Numbered from the stretch's first letter, positions 28,961-39,143 are shown. The stretch is DNA of 64,000 nucleotides from Candidatus Aenigmatarchaeota archaeon (GCA_016193585.1 JACPRW010000001.1:59171-123170); one strand, 5' to 3'. The notes: generated by a model from the letters alone, not told the origin. Program-made: numbers and translations.

Positions 28961-29989
28961 TTACACCAGGACCATATCCTTCTTTTCATGACTGATGATA
29001 ATATGCTGTTTTCCGGTAACCGATCCTATGATTTCGGCGTGCTTGAGCAGGCCGAGAGCAGTGTCGCTGTCTTCTTGCCTGACGATTACCGCAAATCCCC
29101 ATCCCATGTTGAACGTCGAGAACATTTCCTTTGCCGTGATGTTGCCGGCTTCCTGAATAACATGGAATATTGATTGCGGATGGAAATTAGAAAATGCGAA
29201 GCCTTTGCCCGGAGCCTGCATCAGTTTCCCAAATTTGAGGTAGGCATCACCGGTGATGTTGACTGCGGCAAGGACAGTAACTTCTTTCATGAGCTTCATG
29301 AAATCCTGGACATAAATGGCCGTCGGCTCAAGCGCCTCGAAGACGAGCTCCCTGTCCATGCCATCGACGGTGCTATGCGCCTCGTACGCGCCTCCCCATT
29401 CCCTGAACAGCACTTTTCTCGCGAGCGACATGCCGTTTGCGTGAAGGCCGGAACTTCGCAAACCGATGACAGCGTCCCCCTGCTGCAGCGCAGTCCCGTA
29501 AATTATCGACTCTTTTTGCACTTCTCCCACGCAGTCGCAGCCGATGTCATAGGCTGCCGCGAGCAGCTCAGGAACGTCGGCAATCTCCCCGCCTACCATC
29601 GGGCACCGTGCGGCAGCGGCGCCGTCTGCAAGTCCCTTCTGCAGCTTCCCGATAAGCCCTGCGTCAGATTTTCTGACGCTCAGCGTATTAGTTAATGCAA
29701 TCGGCTCGGCGCCGCTGCGGATGCAGTCGTTGACGACCATAGCAACCGCGTCGATGCCAATGGTGTCGTGCTTGCCGGCGAGCTGAGCAAGCATCGCTTT
29801 CGTGCCGACGGTGTCAGCTGTTTTTACCTGATATGCCGTGGCGGTGGGATAGAGCGTGTTGAACGGTGTGGAAACAAGCGGCCCGTATTTGCTGTAGGAA
29901 TGCGTGCCGTCGAACGCAAGGAGCTTTTTCGCTGCCGCGCGCGCCTCGCGGTCGACCCCTGCGTCCTTGTACGTTGGCATAATAACCAT
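28961..29989 (-). CDS. purM: Phosphoribosylformylglycinamidine cyclo-ligase (AIR synthetase)
   Basis: (MVI)MPTYKDAGVD...AIRS family. The start is ATG 29989 or 29980. Confidence 0.88.
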   Translation of the reverse strand: MVIMPTYKDAGVDREARAAAKKLLAFDGTHSYSKYGPLVSTPFNTLYPTATAYQVKTADTVGTKAMLAQLAGKHDTIGIDAVAMVVNDCIRSGAEPIALTNTLSVRKSDAGLIGKLQKGLADGAAAARCPMVGGEIADVPELLAAAYDIGCDCVGEVQKESIIYGTALQQGDAVIGLRSSGLHANGMSLARKVLFREWGGAYEAHSTVDGMDRELVFEALEPTAIYVQDFMKLMKEVTVLAAVNITGDAYLKFGKLMQAPGKGFAFSNFHPQSIFHVIQEAGNITAKEMFSTFNMGWGFAVIVRQEDSDTALGLLKHAEIIGSVTGKQHIIISHEKKDMVLV

Positions 29990-30037
29990 TCTGATGAATC
30001 CTTTAATCTTTTTATTGGGAAGCTGCCATGTGGTAGC

Positions 30038-30886
30038 ATGCAGGAAGCTCTGAAACCGTTTCTCAGGGACTTCAAGCGATGCCTGCACGAATCAAGATTC
30101 AGGAACGACATCGTTTCAGTAGTGCTCCTCGGCTCAGGTGCGCGCGGGGACTGGATAAGGGGCGAAAGCGATATCGACTTCATCGTCGTCGTGAAAGACA
30201 GGAGGATGAAGCGTCCTGTTGCCGCATTTCTGTGGAAACTTGTCAAGAAGCTTGACAGGAAGCACAAGCTCCGGCTGAACCTCAGTGATAAGACCTATAA
30301 CAGCATTCTTTTAAATGCAATCATGAAAGTCGAGGCGTTCTTCCTGCAGCGGGTGCCGCTGTACGTGCTCGCTGAAGAGGAGTTCGACCTGGTGAACAGG
30401 AAAATTCGCGAGCCGCGCATATGGTTCATCGCCACAGTTATAGGCTCGCTGCCGCAGTTCCTTCTCAACCTGAAGCATACCGGGAAGACGATGTACGGGA
30501 AGGATTTGCTGAAGGATATCAGGGTTTCGTTCGGGTTGCTTGATGAGCTGAAAATCATCCTAATTCCCTACTATTATCTCGGACTTGCAGCCTTGCTGCT
30601 GCCCTTTTCGCCAAAGCAGGCAGCGCAGCACGCGATTAAGGCATGCCTTCTCGAGACAGACGATGAACTGCTTCTGCTCCACAGGAAGCTGGGAAGCTAC
30701 CGGAGAGACGAGCAGCTGTACGAACGCCTCTTCCGCGGAAGCCCGACAATACAGCATATCCGGAAGTGCCTGCGCTATCGCAGGATGCTCAGCCGCAAAA
30801 TTATCGGCTACGAGGAAGCGACGGAGTTCGTGCTCGATTCCGCCAGGTTTGTCGCACGAAGCCGTATCATGGTCTGCAGGCCATAG
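30038..30886 (+). CDS. minimal nucleotidyltransferase (MNT) domain protein with a C-terminal HEPN-like Rx6H motif
   Basis: LLGSGARGDWIRGESDIDFIVVV is the pol-beta NTase motif. The C-terminal RGSPTIQH fits the HEPN Rx4-6H motif. Confidence 0.6.
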   Translation: MQEALKPFLRDFKRCLHESRFRNDIVSVVLLGSGARGDWIRGESDIDFIVVVKDRRMKRPVAAFLWKLVKKLDRKHKLRLNLSDKTYNSILLNAIMKVEAFFLQRVPLYVLAEEEFDLVNRKIREPRIWFIATVIGSLPQFLLNLKHTGKTMYGKDLLKDIRVSFGLLDELKIILIPYYYLGLAALLLPFSPKQAAQHAIKACLLETDDELLLLHRKLGSYRRDEQLYERLFRGSPTIQHIRKCLRYRRMLSRKIIGYEEATEFVLDSARFVARSRIMVCRP

Positions 30887-31202
30887 CCAGCGTACATCTC
30901 TCCGCAACGGTGGTACTGGTGATGATTACCTGCTTGCCTGCAGGCATGCCGATGGAGCTTCTGCGCGGGCTTTTTCCAATCGTCCTGTAAGGTCGGTGCA
31001 GGAATCGCGCATAAAGCGGAAAAAATCACCGGCTTCTATTTCTACCCTGTCTATTTCCCAGGACCCCGTGAATATGCATAGAAATCCAGAACAAGAGGAT
31101 CCTCGTATCCTTGCGCCAGCAGTCCATTGAGCAATTCCCTGCAACGCATTTGCGGGTTTCCATGTGCCTATTCGTGTCTCATTCCCTGTGCTCTACGATG
31201 TG

Positions 31203-31784
31203 CTATGCAACCATCTCTCCTTTTGCCTGCGCTGCGCGCTCTTCCTTGGTCATCAGATAGTCCCTTCCCTGCAGCACAGCCGCAGAGGCGATGAGCACGA
31301 TGAGCAGGACGACGCCGGCCTGGTAGACGCCCGGCGACAGGACGACGTTGCCCGTCATCATGCTCTGCAGGTCTTCCCGTGATCCTTCAAGCGCAGCCTT
31401 CTGCCCGGTAAGGTTTGACAACGTAGCTTCGTAATAGTGCTTCTGCGTCACGAGCGTTTCCAGCGCAAGCTCGCGCTCCATCTTCAGCTGCTGCATGCCA
31501 GTGCTGAGGTTGTGCAGCTGCAGAATTTCCCTATCGATGCGAGAGCTTTCCAGGCCTGCTGCATCAATGGAGTTGCTGAGTTCAGCTATCGCCGAAAGAT
31601 TCTCGACGACATAGATCCTCGACCGCGCGTTGCTCACATCATCCGCCCCCAGGAACAGTACCCTGTAGGTCGCATTGCCGTCAGTGACCGTGCCGTTGCT
31701 GACATGCGATTCGTCAAGCGTAAGGCTCCTGGCATCTGCTGCTGCGACGACAGCCAGCACAGCAAGGAATATCTGCATCTTCAT
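31203..31784 (-). CDS. secreted/anchored glycoprotein (signal peptide, coiled coil, C-terminal TM)
   Basis: MKMQIFLAVLAVVAAADA signal, many NxT/S sequons and a C-terminal hydrophobic anchor. Confidence 0.5.
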   Translation of the reverse strand: MKMQIFLAVLAVVAAADARSLTLDESHVSNGTVTDGNATYRVLFLGADDVSNARSRIYVVENLSAIAELSNSIDAAGLESSRIDREILQLHNLSTGMQQLKMERELALETLVTQKHYYEATLSNLTGQKAALEGSREDLQSMMTGNVVLSPGVYQAGVVLLIVLIASAAVLQGRDYLMTKEERAAQAKGEMVA

Positions 31785-32758
31785 GTTTTTTTCACCTTTC
31801 GCACAAACAGGAGCGCGTCGGCGAGGAGAACCGCGGCGATGAATCCCGTCATAAGTGCAATCGAGACGTTCGAAGGCGCAAGAAGCACGTTGGCGGTTAC
31901 GCTGTTCCTGTATGCGGTCACGTTGGCATCCAGCAAAATGTTCGCCTCGCGGGCATCGCTGATGCGCGCTTCAAGAGAGCTGCGGTCAAAGCGAAGCGCA
32001 TCAATCCTGTCGCTCAGGTTCCTGACATCAGCCTGCAGGATGGCGAGCGGGGCTTCGATGCGGGCCGCTTCCCGGTGCTTCCCAAGCGTTGCCGACCTCG
32101 ATGACGACAGGCTGTTTTTCAGCGTTTCAATATGTTCGGTATCTTCGATGAAATGGGTGTCGAGGCTTTCCCAGAATATATAGACCTTTTCCGGCATCTG
32201 GTCGGAACTTATCAGTAACAGACGCTGCGTGTCATCATACGTCCATGCAAGAGTTGCATTGCCGGTAACGAGCACCGGCCCGCTCTTCCTGCCGGTATAG
32301 ATAGAGAGTTCCCTGAGACCAGGCCTGCCAAATGTCACGATAAGCTCGTTTCCTTCGAGATAAAATGACGTTTTCTCAGGTATGATGCCGATATTGGTTC
32401 TGGGAACAATAAGCATGCCGTTGAGCTGAGCGTAGGTGTACGTCCCTGGCTGGATGGTCATGTTGAAATAAACGGCCTTGTCCTCGCTGTGAAGCACCAG
32501 CGTCAGGTTCTTCTCATCGTCGCTGGCAATCGTGTACATTCTGAGTGCAAGACCGTTCTGCGTTATGCGCGCTTCATCGTTCCTCATGACAGGACCCGCA
32601 GGCGTTGTTTCGTTATAGGGTGCAGCCGCCAGCTGGCTGCTTGCTACGTGCGTGACAGGCACCTCAGATGCAGCAGCCTGCTGGAACGATGCGGCAGTAG
32701 CTACGGCCATCGCTCCACATATGACAAGAATCATGACATAGTACAATTTCGTGTCCAT
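31781..32758 (-). CDS. surface glycoprotein (N-terminal TM/signal, many N-glycosylation sequons, C-terminal TM anchor)
   Basis: Start MDTKLYYVMILVICGAMAVATA. It has the same architecture as the downstream gene and the two overlap by 4 nt. Confidence 0.5.
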   Translation of the reverse strand: MDTKLYYVMILVICGAMAVATAASFQQAAASEVPVTHVASSQLAAAPYNETTPAGPVMRNDEARITQNGLALRMYTIASDDEKNLTLVLHSEDKAVYFNMTIQPGTYTYAQLNGMLIVPRTNIGIIPEKTSFYLEGNELIVTFGRPGLRELSIYTGRKSGPVLVTGNATLAWTYDDTQRLLLISSDQMPEKVYIFWESLDTHFIEDTEHIETLKNSLSSSRSATLGKHREAARIEAPLAILQADVRNLSDRIDALRFDRSSLEARISDAREANILLDANVTAYRNSVTANVLLAPSNVSIALMTGFIAAVLLADALLFVRKVKKT

Positions 32759-32786
32759 TGAGAGAACACCACTGATTTCTAGGAGC

Positions 32787-33023
32787 TCATTTCCTTTTTT
32801 TCCTGAACCTGAATTCCTTCTCCCTGATGACGCGGTGCGCGACATAAGCTACGATTATTGCTGCGAGCAGAACAGCAAATGCGACGCGCGTATCGTTCGT
32901 CGTCGCCGTTATCAGCCCGATGTTGTGGTCGGCAGCTGCTCCGGTATGGGCAAACAGCACAAGCAACAGGAGGGCCACAATTCCCATAACACTAATCTTC
33001 CAGCCAAAATTTATAAACCTCAC
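32787..33023 (-). CDS. small membrane protein
   Basis: 78 aa with two hydrophobic helices and a KKRK tail. Confidence 0.35.
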   Translation of the reverse strand: MRFINFGWKISVMGIVALLLLVLFAHTGAAADHNIGLITATTNDTRVAFAVLLAAIIVAYVAHRVIREKEFRFRKKRK

Positions 33024-33059
33024 GCGCCATGGAAGGAAAGTGCAATGGCAGCGTGATTG

Positions 33060-34328
33060 CTATGTAATGAGGTTGCTTGCAATCTCCCCGGCAACAAACT
33101 CCTTGAGCTCGCCATACTCCTGACCTGTCCCGAGAAAGAGCACCGGTTTCCTGAGCGTATACGCAGCCGAGAGCGCGGCGCCGCCTTTTTCGTACACGTC
33201 GACCTTGGTGAGGATGACTGCATCGACGCCGACAGCAGCGTCGAAGAGCTTTGACTGGCTGTAGATGTCGTTGCCCGTCAGGGAATCGAGCACGAGTATC
33301 TTCAGGTCGGGTTTGTTGACCTTGCAGACCTTCTTGAGCTCGTCCATGAGGTTCGTGTTCGCATGGCTCCTGCCGGCGGTGTCCGCAAGGACGAGCCTGC
33401 TGCCCGATGCCGACGCATGCCTGACCGCATCGAAGATTACCGCTGCCGAATCTGCGCCGTACGTATGCTTGATGACGCGCGCGCCAAGCCTCCTTCCATG
33501 CTCCTCGAGCTGCTCGATGCTTGCAGCCCTGAACGTGTCGCCCGCAGCGAGCACCGGTCTGTGCTGCCTGAAGCGGTGCGCAAACTTTGCGATTGTTGTC
33601 GTCTTTCCCACCCCGTTGAACCCGAAGAATACCGCGACGAGCGGCTTGTCGCGGCTCGCGATGAGCGCGTCAATATCGATGGTTTCCTGCTGCATGACGT
33701 GCAGCAGCGCTTCCCTGAGCGCTGTTTTTATGGTTGCTTCGACGTTGCCGCGGCCGACGCGCGTGCCGATGAGACGGTTGCGCACGTCGCTGCAGATTGC
33801 TTCGGCTACCTCGAGGGCGACATCATTCTCGAGAAGGGCGAGCTTGAGCTCGTCGAGCAGTTTGTCAACCGCAGGTGCATCGAGCGTCGTTTCGGTGATG
33901 CGCTGCAGGACGCCGGCAAGAATGCCCTTCCTCTCGGCGGGTTTCCTGATGCGCGCCTCAGTTGGCTCGGCGTGCACAGCTCCAGCAGGCTCCTGAATGC
34001 GCGGCGCCGGCTTCACTGCTCTTTTCTTTTCTTTCGGCAGCACAGGTTCCTTGGTCGGCTCTTCGGCGGGCCCGAGCACCGGCGCTGGAGATCCGGCAGC
34101 TGTGCTTATCGGTGGTTCCGGTATTGGAACAGGAGGCTCTCTGGCAGGCTTGGATTCCCCCCGGCGCACAGGAACATCCTCTTCATGCCTCGGCACAGAA
34201 ACCTGGGAATCAGGCATGGTGACGTCAGGCGCCTGCATGGACTTTTCAGGCCGTGCCTCCTCCTTCGAGATGATGCCGGTTACCTTTTCAACAGCCTGCT
34301 TTAGTCGTTTCTTTAACGAATCGAACAT
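33060..34328 (-). CDS. ftsY: Signal recognition particle receptor FtsY
   Basis: GFNGVGKTTTIAKFA...ADTAGRSHANTNLMDELKKV...TKVD SRP-GTPase motifs with a charged/Pro-rich N-terminal region. Confidence 0.9.
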   Translation of the reverse strand: MFDSLKKRLKQAVEKVTGIISKEEARPEKSMQAPDVTMPDSQVSVPRHEEDVPVRRGESKPAREPPVPIPEPPISTAAGSPAPVLGPAEEPTKEPVLPKEKKRAVKPAPRIQEPAGAVHAEPTEARIRKPAERKGILAGVLQRITETTLDAPAVDKLLDELKLALLENDVALEVAEAICSDVRNRLIGTRVGRGNVEATIKTALREALLHVMQQETIDIDALIASRDKPLVAVFFGFNGVGKTTTIAKFAHRFRQHRPVLAAGDTFRAASIEQLEEHGRRLGARVIKHTYGADSAAVIFDAVRHASASGSRLVLADTAGRSHANTNLMDELKKVCKVNKPDLKILVLDSLTGNDIYSQSKLFDAAVGVDAVILTKVDVYEKGGAALSAAYTLRKPVLFLGTGQEYGELKEFVAGEIASNLIT

Positions 34329-34346
34329 AGGGTCACGTACGTAGTG

Positions 34347-34445
34347 TATAGATAACTGCGTAGTTTATGTGACGTATTATTAGCAGTTATCTATATGCAA
34401 ACTGCGTTGTAGTATGTAACCTAAGTAACGCAGTTTACTATATAG
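34347..34445. repeat. hairpin elements F2 + F3 (tatagataactgcg...gcagttatctata; tgcaaactgcgttgta...taacgcagtttacta)
   Basis: F2 is identical to the element at 12657-12705. It lies at the junction of the conserved ftsY-pfdA block. Confidence 0.8.
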
Positions 34446-34486
34446 CAGATGCAGCTTAAAAAAACAGGATTGCATTTCGGGCAGTA

Positions 34487-34897
34487 TCATTTTTCCTGCT
34501 CGACGAGGCGCTCGACCTCAGGTTCCAGCTTGCTTATCTGCTGGGCGAGCTTGCTCATCTCAGCGAGGAGTTCCTTGTCGAGGTCGATGAGCTCCTTGAG
34601 GCGCCCTTGCAGCATGGTGATGGATTCTTCCCGGGGCTTTCTGACCACAACACCTGCGCCGACGCTCATCAGGATACTCGCCGTGTCCTTGACGTCGCTC
34701 CGGACAAAAGCACCCGAACCGACTGAAGACCACATCTCGTCGCCAGTGCTGATTGTTTCCATCTTTTCCAGGGCGCTGATGGTCGTCGCCACTTCGCTGG
34801 TTTTCTCGTCGAGCATGCTTTTTTGCTCGACAAAACTGGTGAACTGCTGCTTCATTATCTGCAGCTGGATGTATTTTTTCTGGGCTTCCCGTTCCAT
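34487..34897 (-). CDS. pfdA: Prefoldin alpha subunit
   Basis: Coiled coil, then GSGAFVRSDVKDTASILMSVGAGVVV (beta hairpin), then coiled coil. The ORF could start at 34939. Confidence 0.75.
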   Translation of the reverse strand: MEREAQKKYIQLQIMKQQFTSFVEQKSMLDEKTSEVATTISALEKMETISTGDEMWSSVGSGAFVRSDVKDTASILMSVGAGVVVRKPREESITMLQGRLKELIDLDKELLAEMSKLAQQISKLEPEVERLVEQEK

Positions 34898-35147
34898 GCG
34901 TAAGGTATGCACCGATACGCTTAAATTGCCGAACAGCAAAAACGTTTCGTTTTTGCTGCGGGCAGGCGCCGCGCCACCTTTCCGTCTCCTATGGATACGC
35001 TTTTAAAGATTACTACTGTATAGTGACTGCACTCTGCATGCACTTCAGGCGCATGCTGACGCAATAAAATGGGATACACGCAGTTGCAATGCCTCTGCTG
35101 ATCCAAAAAGCGCGTGCCCTCTGTGCACGACACCAAAGGTGGGGTAT

Positions 35148-35294
35148 ATGGGAATGCTCACGGTTCAGGTTCGTCTGACTGAAAAGCAGATAAAAGGTCT
35201 TGACATATTCGTGAAGAAGGGCGTCTATCCTAATCGCAGCGAGGCGGTCAGGGACGCGGTACGCAAGCTCATTATCAACGGCAGCGCGCAGTGA
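35148..35294 (+). CDS. ribbon-helix-helix (CopG/Arc family) DNA-binding protein
   Basis: The 48-aa MGMLTVQVRLTEKQIKGLDIFVKKGVYPNRSEAVRDAVRKLIINGSAQ is a classic RHH. A GGTGGGG SD precedes it. It is too short for the ORF track. Confidence 0.6.
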   Translation: MGMLTVQVRLTEKQIKGLDIFVKKGVYPNRSEAVRDAVRKLIINGSAQ

Positions 35295-35696
35295 CCGTCA
35301 TTGGTGATGCGCCACGCATGGATTTAAAAACTTTGCGCACAGTTTGCTCATCACGAAGCATATTCCCATGCGCTGCATGGTTACACTATCAGAGGCATCT
35401 CAATGGCTTTATTCTATGTATTCATTGACCGTGCACGGGTGCAGGAACTGGGCGTAGATATCCGGCGGTTCCAAGGCCCTCATGACGTATTGAACGAACT
35501 GCCATGAGATGCATATGTCATGATTACTTATCATAGCGCTCGGCGTAGCATCCGATACCAAGAACTCAACAATGAGTCACAGGGCGAGAACCCCAGATAT
35601 GTGAAAATAACCGTTTCTGGCAATTAAACAAAGCCCAGTGTTTCGCTGATTCTTCCCAGCTCGGGTCTAGTTGAAGCATAATTATAGAGGGGAAAA

Positions 35697-36884
35697 ATGC
35701 CACTACAAGAGCTTCAGCAACTCAACAGGCGGTACGGCAAGCACATACGGGCGAGGCCGCTCGAGTTTGCTGATGATGCGGAGGACAGAATGGCAGCGGC
35801 AAAAAAATGGGTCAACTCCCTTCCCCGGGCTTCGCGCCGTTACAAGAGAGACGCCGCAGCCGTGGGAAGGCAACAGGAGATTGCAGACATTATCAGGGAA
35901 GCTGAACAAGAGGATACACCACTCACGTACATGGACCTGTACGGTGTTCTCGCGCTGCGGCACGGCCTCGATGAGCTTGGCCAATACGGGAGCGCATTAA
36001 ATGCGATGACACAACGGGGAATCGTCAGAAGTGAGGGCTGCGGCAGTGTACGGAATGCGCTAACAAGAGGCATCGTAAAGCATATACATGGGTACGTGCA
36101 GTCGCATAGCGGCACATTCACCATTCACGATATTGAAAGTGAACTGGAACTTCCTCGTAATGAGTACTATAGAAAGTTGTCTAATGTGAGCTTAAACCTC
36201 CTTGATATGGTCCATGAAGTTGTGAAATTGCCGGTAAGGTCTGACAGGGATGGTACCCCATGTGCGTGGATAGGTCCAGACAATAGGCATTCAGAACAAA
36301 CTATTCCCTACTGGAACGCAAAATATGCAGTCCTGCTGGCGCTGCGTGAAACCGTCCGGGCAGCAAAGAGCGATTTAGCTGCCAACAAACGGATTGCAGA
36401 ACTGGTTTTTATAAGGGAAGCCCCCGGCGGCCGGTACACGTGCGCAAGCATAGACGCTGCGTTAGATGACTTAATCCATACCGGCCTTGTTGCACCCGGA
36501 ACGGAGTGGAGAAGAAGAACGGTACGCATATATGCAATTACCCCGGAAGGAAAAAGAGCAGTCGATGCAACAGAAGAACAGCGGTATTTGGACGAGGACC
36601 TGAGAAGATGGCTGCTCGGAGAACGATATACCGGCCTAACGCCCTCAGAAATGTTCACCCTGGAAAAAGTAAGGAGAGTAGGACGCATCTACGATTCGTG
36701 GATGAAGGGCGGGAACTATATAGCAAGGATAAGCGAAAGCACATCGTATGCCAATGAGATAACCACGGGGAAAAGGGACCCACTGCACGATATGAACGCC
36801 ACAACGCTCATGGGAAAATATTTCCCGCATCTTGATGCCCGGGAACAGCAGGGGGTTCTATTCTATGTGCACAGGCGGACCTAA
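35697..36884 (+). CDS. hypothetical protein, probably multi winged-helix (inserted between aIF6 and pfdA)
   Basis: 395 aa with several wH-like segments (e.g. RIYAITPEGKRAVD). I recognise no family. Confidence 0.5.
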   Translation: MPLQELQQLNRRYGKHIRARPLEFADDAEDRMAAAKKWVNSLPRASRRYKRDAAAVGRQQEIADIIREAEQEDTPLTYMDLYGVLALRHGLDELGQYGSALNAMTQRGIVRSEGCGSVRNALTRGIVKHIHGYVQSHSGTFTIHDIESELELPRNEYYRKLSNVSLNLLDMVHEVVKLPVRSDRDGTPCAWIGPDNRHSEQTIPYWNAKYAVLLALRETVRAAKSDLAANKRIAELVFIREAPGGRYTCASIDAALDDLIHTGLVAPGTEWRRRTVRIYAITPEGKRAVDATEEQRYLDEDLRRWLLGERYTGLTPSEMFTLEKVRRVGRIYDSWMKGGNYIARISESTSYANEITTGKRDPLHDMNATTLMGKYFPHLDAREQQGVLFYVHRRT

Positions 36885-36911
36885 TTACCGAATCGGCTAT
36901 CAGTACACGCA

Positions 36912-37580
36912 TCACCCAGGGGGCGTGGATGCAAACTCCCCCAGTACATCATTAATCCTTCCCAGCTCTGGCCCTGAGCAGCGATTGGAAACAATGACGC
37001 CGTGCGAATTGGCGATGATGCCCGACCTGACGTACGGCGAGCCGAAGCTCACCGTGCCGATGTCCACGTCAACGGCCAGCGTTTCCTTGATGGCATTTTT
37101 TTCATCAGGCTTCAGCTTCGGGTGCGCAAGGCATCCCCTGTTTGTGGTGACGGCTGCGGAGCCGATGATGGAAAGACCTGCAATCGTCGTCACCGCTGCC
37201 GGGATGCCGAAGAAATCAGCGAGCTCTTTCCTGTTCCGCCGCAGGAGCGGCGAAACGAGCACGCCCCTGTCATTCATGAGTAACAGATTGCCGAGCGCTG
37301 TATACCGGGTGTCCAGAACGAGAACGTGATTGAAAAGCTTGCGGAGCGCATGCAACTCGTATTCCTCCGCTATTTTTGGCACGACGATGCCGTGGCTGTT
37401 GCCGGTTGCGAACAGGGAAACGAGGCTTGTGTAGAGCAGCGACGATACGACCGGTTTCACGTGCAGCTTTTCGCCTATCGCATGCTCGCTTTTGACTTTC
37501 ATGCCGAGCAGGCAGTACGCGTCAGAAGCGAAGCCGTGCAGCCCTATGTTGTAGTCTCCCTGGAAATTCGTCCTGTACAT
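36912..37580 (-). CDS. eif6: Translation initiation factor 6 (aIF6)
   Basis: 222 aa with the internally repetitive pentein-like pattern ...GNLLLMNDRGVLVSP...NSHGVIVS.., in the conserved position next to rpl31e. Confidence 0.75.
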   Translation of the reverse strand: MYRTNFQGDYNIGLHGFASDAYCLLGMKVKSEHAIGEKLHVKPVVSSLLYTSLVSLFATGNSHGIVVPKIAEEYELHALRKLFNHVLVLDTRYTALGNLLLMNDRGVLVSPLLRRNRKELADFFGIPAAVTTIAGLSIIGSAAVTTNRGCLAHPKLKPDEKNAIKETLAVDVDIGTVSFGSPYVRSGIIANSHGVIVSNRCSGPELGRINDVLGEFASTPPG

Positions 37581-37589
37581 AGCGCATCC

Positions 37590-38057
37590 TTAGCTCTTCA
37601 TGACCTGTGCTTCGCGGCCGTACAGGCGCTTGAGCAGCCCGGCGCCCGGGATTTTGAACTTCTGGCCGGTTTTTTTCAGCGAATCGAACGTGACAACCAC
37701 GTCGTCGCCGTCCTGCATGGAAAGCGTGTCCTTGAGGCTTTCATGGTAGACGATTTCGAGTATGTCGTTGCCGTAGACGCCCCGCGCCTGCCGCATCGCC
37801 CAGCAACTGATATCCTTGTCCTTGAACGTCAGCGTCACTGGCGCCAGATAGGCGTCGATGTTGTGCGTGCCGTCGGTAAGGATGTGTTCAACCTTTTTTG
37901 TCGCATGCAGCCGTATGTCGATAGGCCGCTCGAGCTTGACGTTGAGCGTGCCTTTGTACGGATGGAAGCCGAGCATGCCGACGAGCCGCGGATGGATTAT
38001 CTCGATGAAAATCGAGCCCCGCAGCACGCCGGAAACAACGGTGCCTCTGACCTTCAT
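37590..38057 (-). CDS. ribK: CTP-dependent riboflavin kinase (archaeal RibK, DUF120)
   Basis: MKVRGTVVSGVLRGSIFIEI...LGFHPYKGTLNVKLERPIDI matches the MJ0056-type RibK N-terminus (GEVVSGLGEG..F....GFEPYEGTLNLKLD). Confidence 0.7.
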   Translation of the reverse strand: MKVRGTVVSGVLRGSIFIEIIHPRLVGMLGFHPYKGTLNVKLERPIDIRLHATKKVEHILTDGTHNIDAYLAPVTLTFKDKDISCWAMRQARGVYGNDILEIVYHESLKDTLSMQDGDDVVVTFDSLKKTGQKFKIPGAGLLKRLYGREAQVMKS

Positions 38058-38148
38058 GGTATCACGTATACCCTATTGCCAAACGGATTAAAAAGGCATG
38101 CCGTGCGCACCGCCGAAGATATTTAAGCTCTCGTGCGATAGGAATCCC

Positions 38149-38523
38149 ATGGAAGTCAAGGATCCTCGGGCAACTGCCCAAAGACTTCTTTTCCGTGCGT
38201 ATGCATCCCTGCGGGATGGCAACGTTGCTGCTGCGGAGCGCGCGTACCGTCATGCACTGTGGCTCGACCCTGGGCTCGGGCTTATCGGTGAAATGCCGCC
38301 ATATCGTGTCCGTGCCGGTTCAGGAACGACTGCCGATACGCGCCGTTCCATGCAGAACGCCCCACGACAAGCAAATGAACCTGACCAGCGCTATTACTGG
38401 ACAAAGGCATGGCAGGCGGACGAGGCAGAAGCAGATAGGGAACTTGCTGAAGGCCGTGTGATTTCGTTCCCGACTCTCGGAGAGGCACTGCGGTACCTCA
38501 CCAGCAACGCGAGTCAATCCTAA
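38149..38523 (+). CDS. hypothetical protein
   Basis: The start is uncertain (ORF from 38098) and I recognise no family. Confidence 0.3.
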   Translation: MEVKDPRATAQRLLFRAYASLRDGNVAAAERAYRHALWLDPGLGLIGEMPPYRVRAGSGTTADTRRSMQNAPRQANEPDQRYYWTKAWQADEAEADRELAEGRVISFPTLGEALRYLTSNASQS

Positions 38524-38597
38524 CGTAGAAACGCTGCTCCGTCCATGCTTTCTTCTGGGGTTCCTTCCCGCCTCTTCGGATTTTACGCTGACGATGG

Positions 38598-39143
38598 TTA
38601 CTCCAGCACGTAATCCCATCCGGGCTGCCACGCTTTCTTTTTTCTCCAGTCCCCGGCGAACGCCTGCTGCCACGTCTTCTTTCGCAGCAGCACATCAAGG
38701 GCGAGCTGCGGCGCTTTGTGGGCGACGAGAGCGACGCGCTTGCCGTCGTAGTTTTTCTTCAGGGAATCGAGAAAACCGGCGACTCTCTTTTTGACGTCCT
38801 CGTAGCTTTCTCCCTCGGGAAATTTCCTGTCTATGCAGCGTTCCTGCAGCGGCTCGACGATTGCAGATGGCTTGCCGTTGTATGCCCCGTAGTTGCACTC
38901 CCGCAGGCGCGCGTCCTTGACGACCGGCACCGTTCCGTCGAATATCAGCTGTGCGGAATCAGCAGCCCTCTGCAAGTCAGAACAAAAAACCGCATCAAAC
39001 TTCTTTCCCGCGATGCGCTTTTTCAGTTCAATTGACTGCCTGATGCCCAGTTCGGAAAGCCCGGCATCATGCCAGCCAGATGACAGAGAACGTTCGTTGT
39101 CTGTCGTAGTCCCGTGGACAAAATAGGTGATGGCAACAACCAT
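38598..39143 (-). CDS. histidine phosphatase superfamily (phosphoglycerate-mutase-like) protein
   Basis: N-terminal VHGTT (RHG-type) motif and an H in ...LVAHKAP. Confidence 0.65.
   Translation of the reverse strand: MVVAITYFVHGTTTDNERSLSSGWHDAGLSELGIRQSIELKKRIAGKKFDAVFCSDLQRAADSAQLIFDGTVPVVKDARLRECNYGAYNGKPSAIVEPLQERCIDRKFPEGESYEDVKKRVAGFLDSLKKNYDGKRVALVAHKAPQLALDVLLRKKTWQQAFAGDWRKKKAWQPGWDYVLE

Noticed and set aside
33265-34304. ORFs 33265-33996 + and 33363-34304 + antisense to ftsY
   Set aside because: They are GC-rich antisense artefacts. The FtsY frame has complete GTPase motifs.
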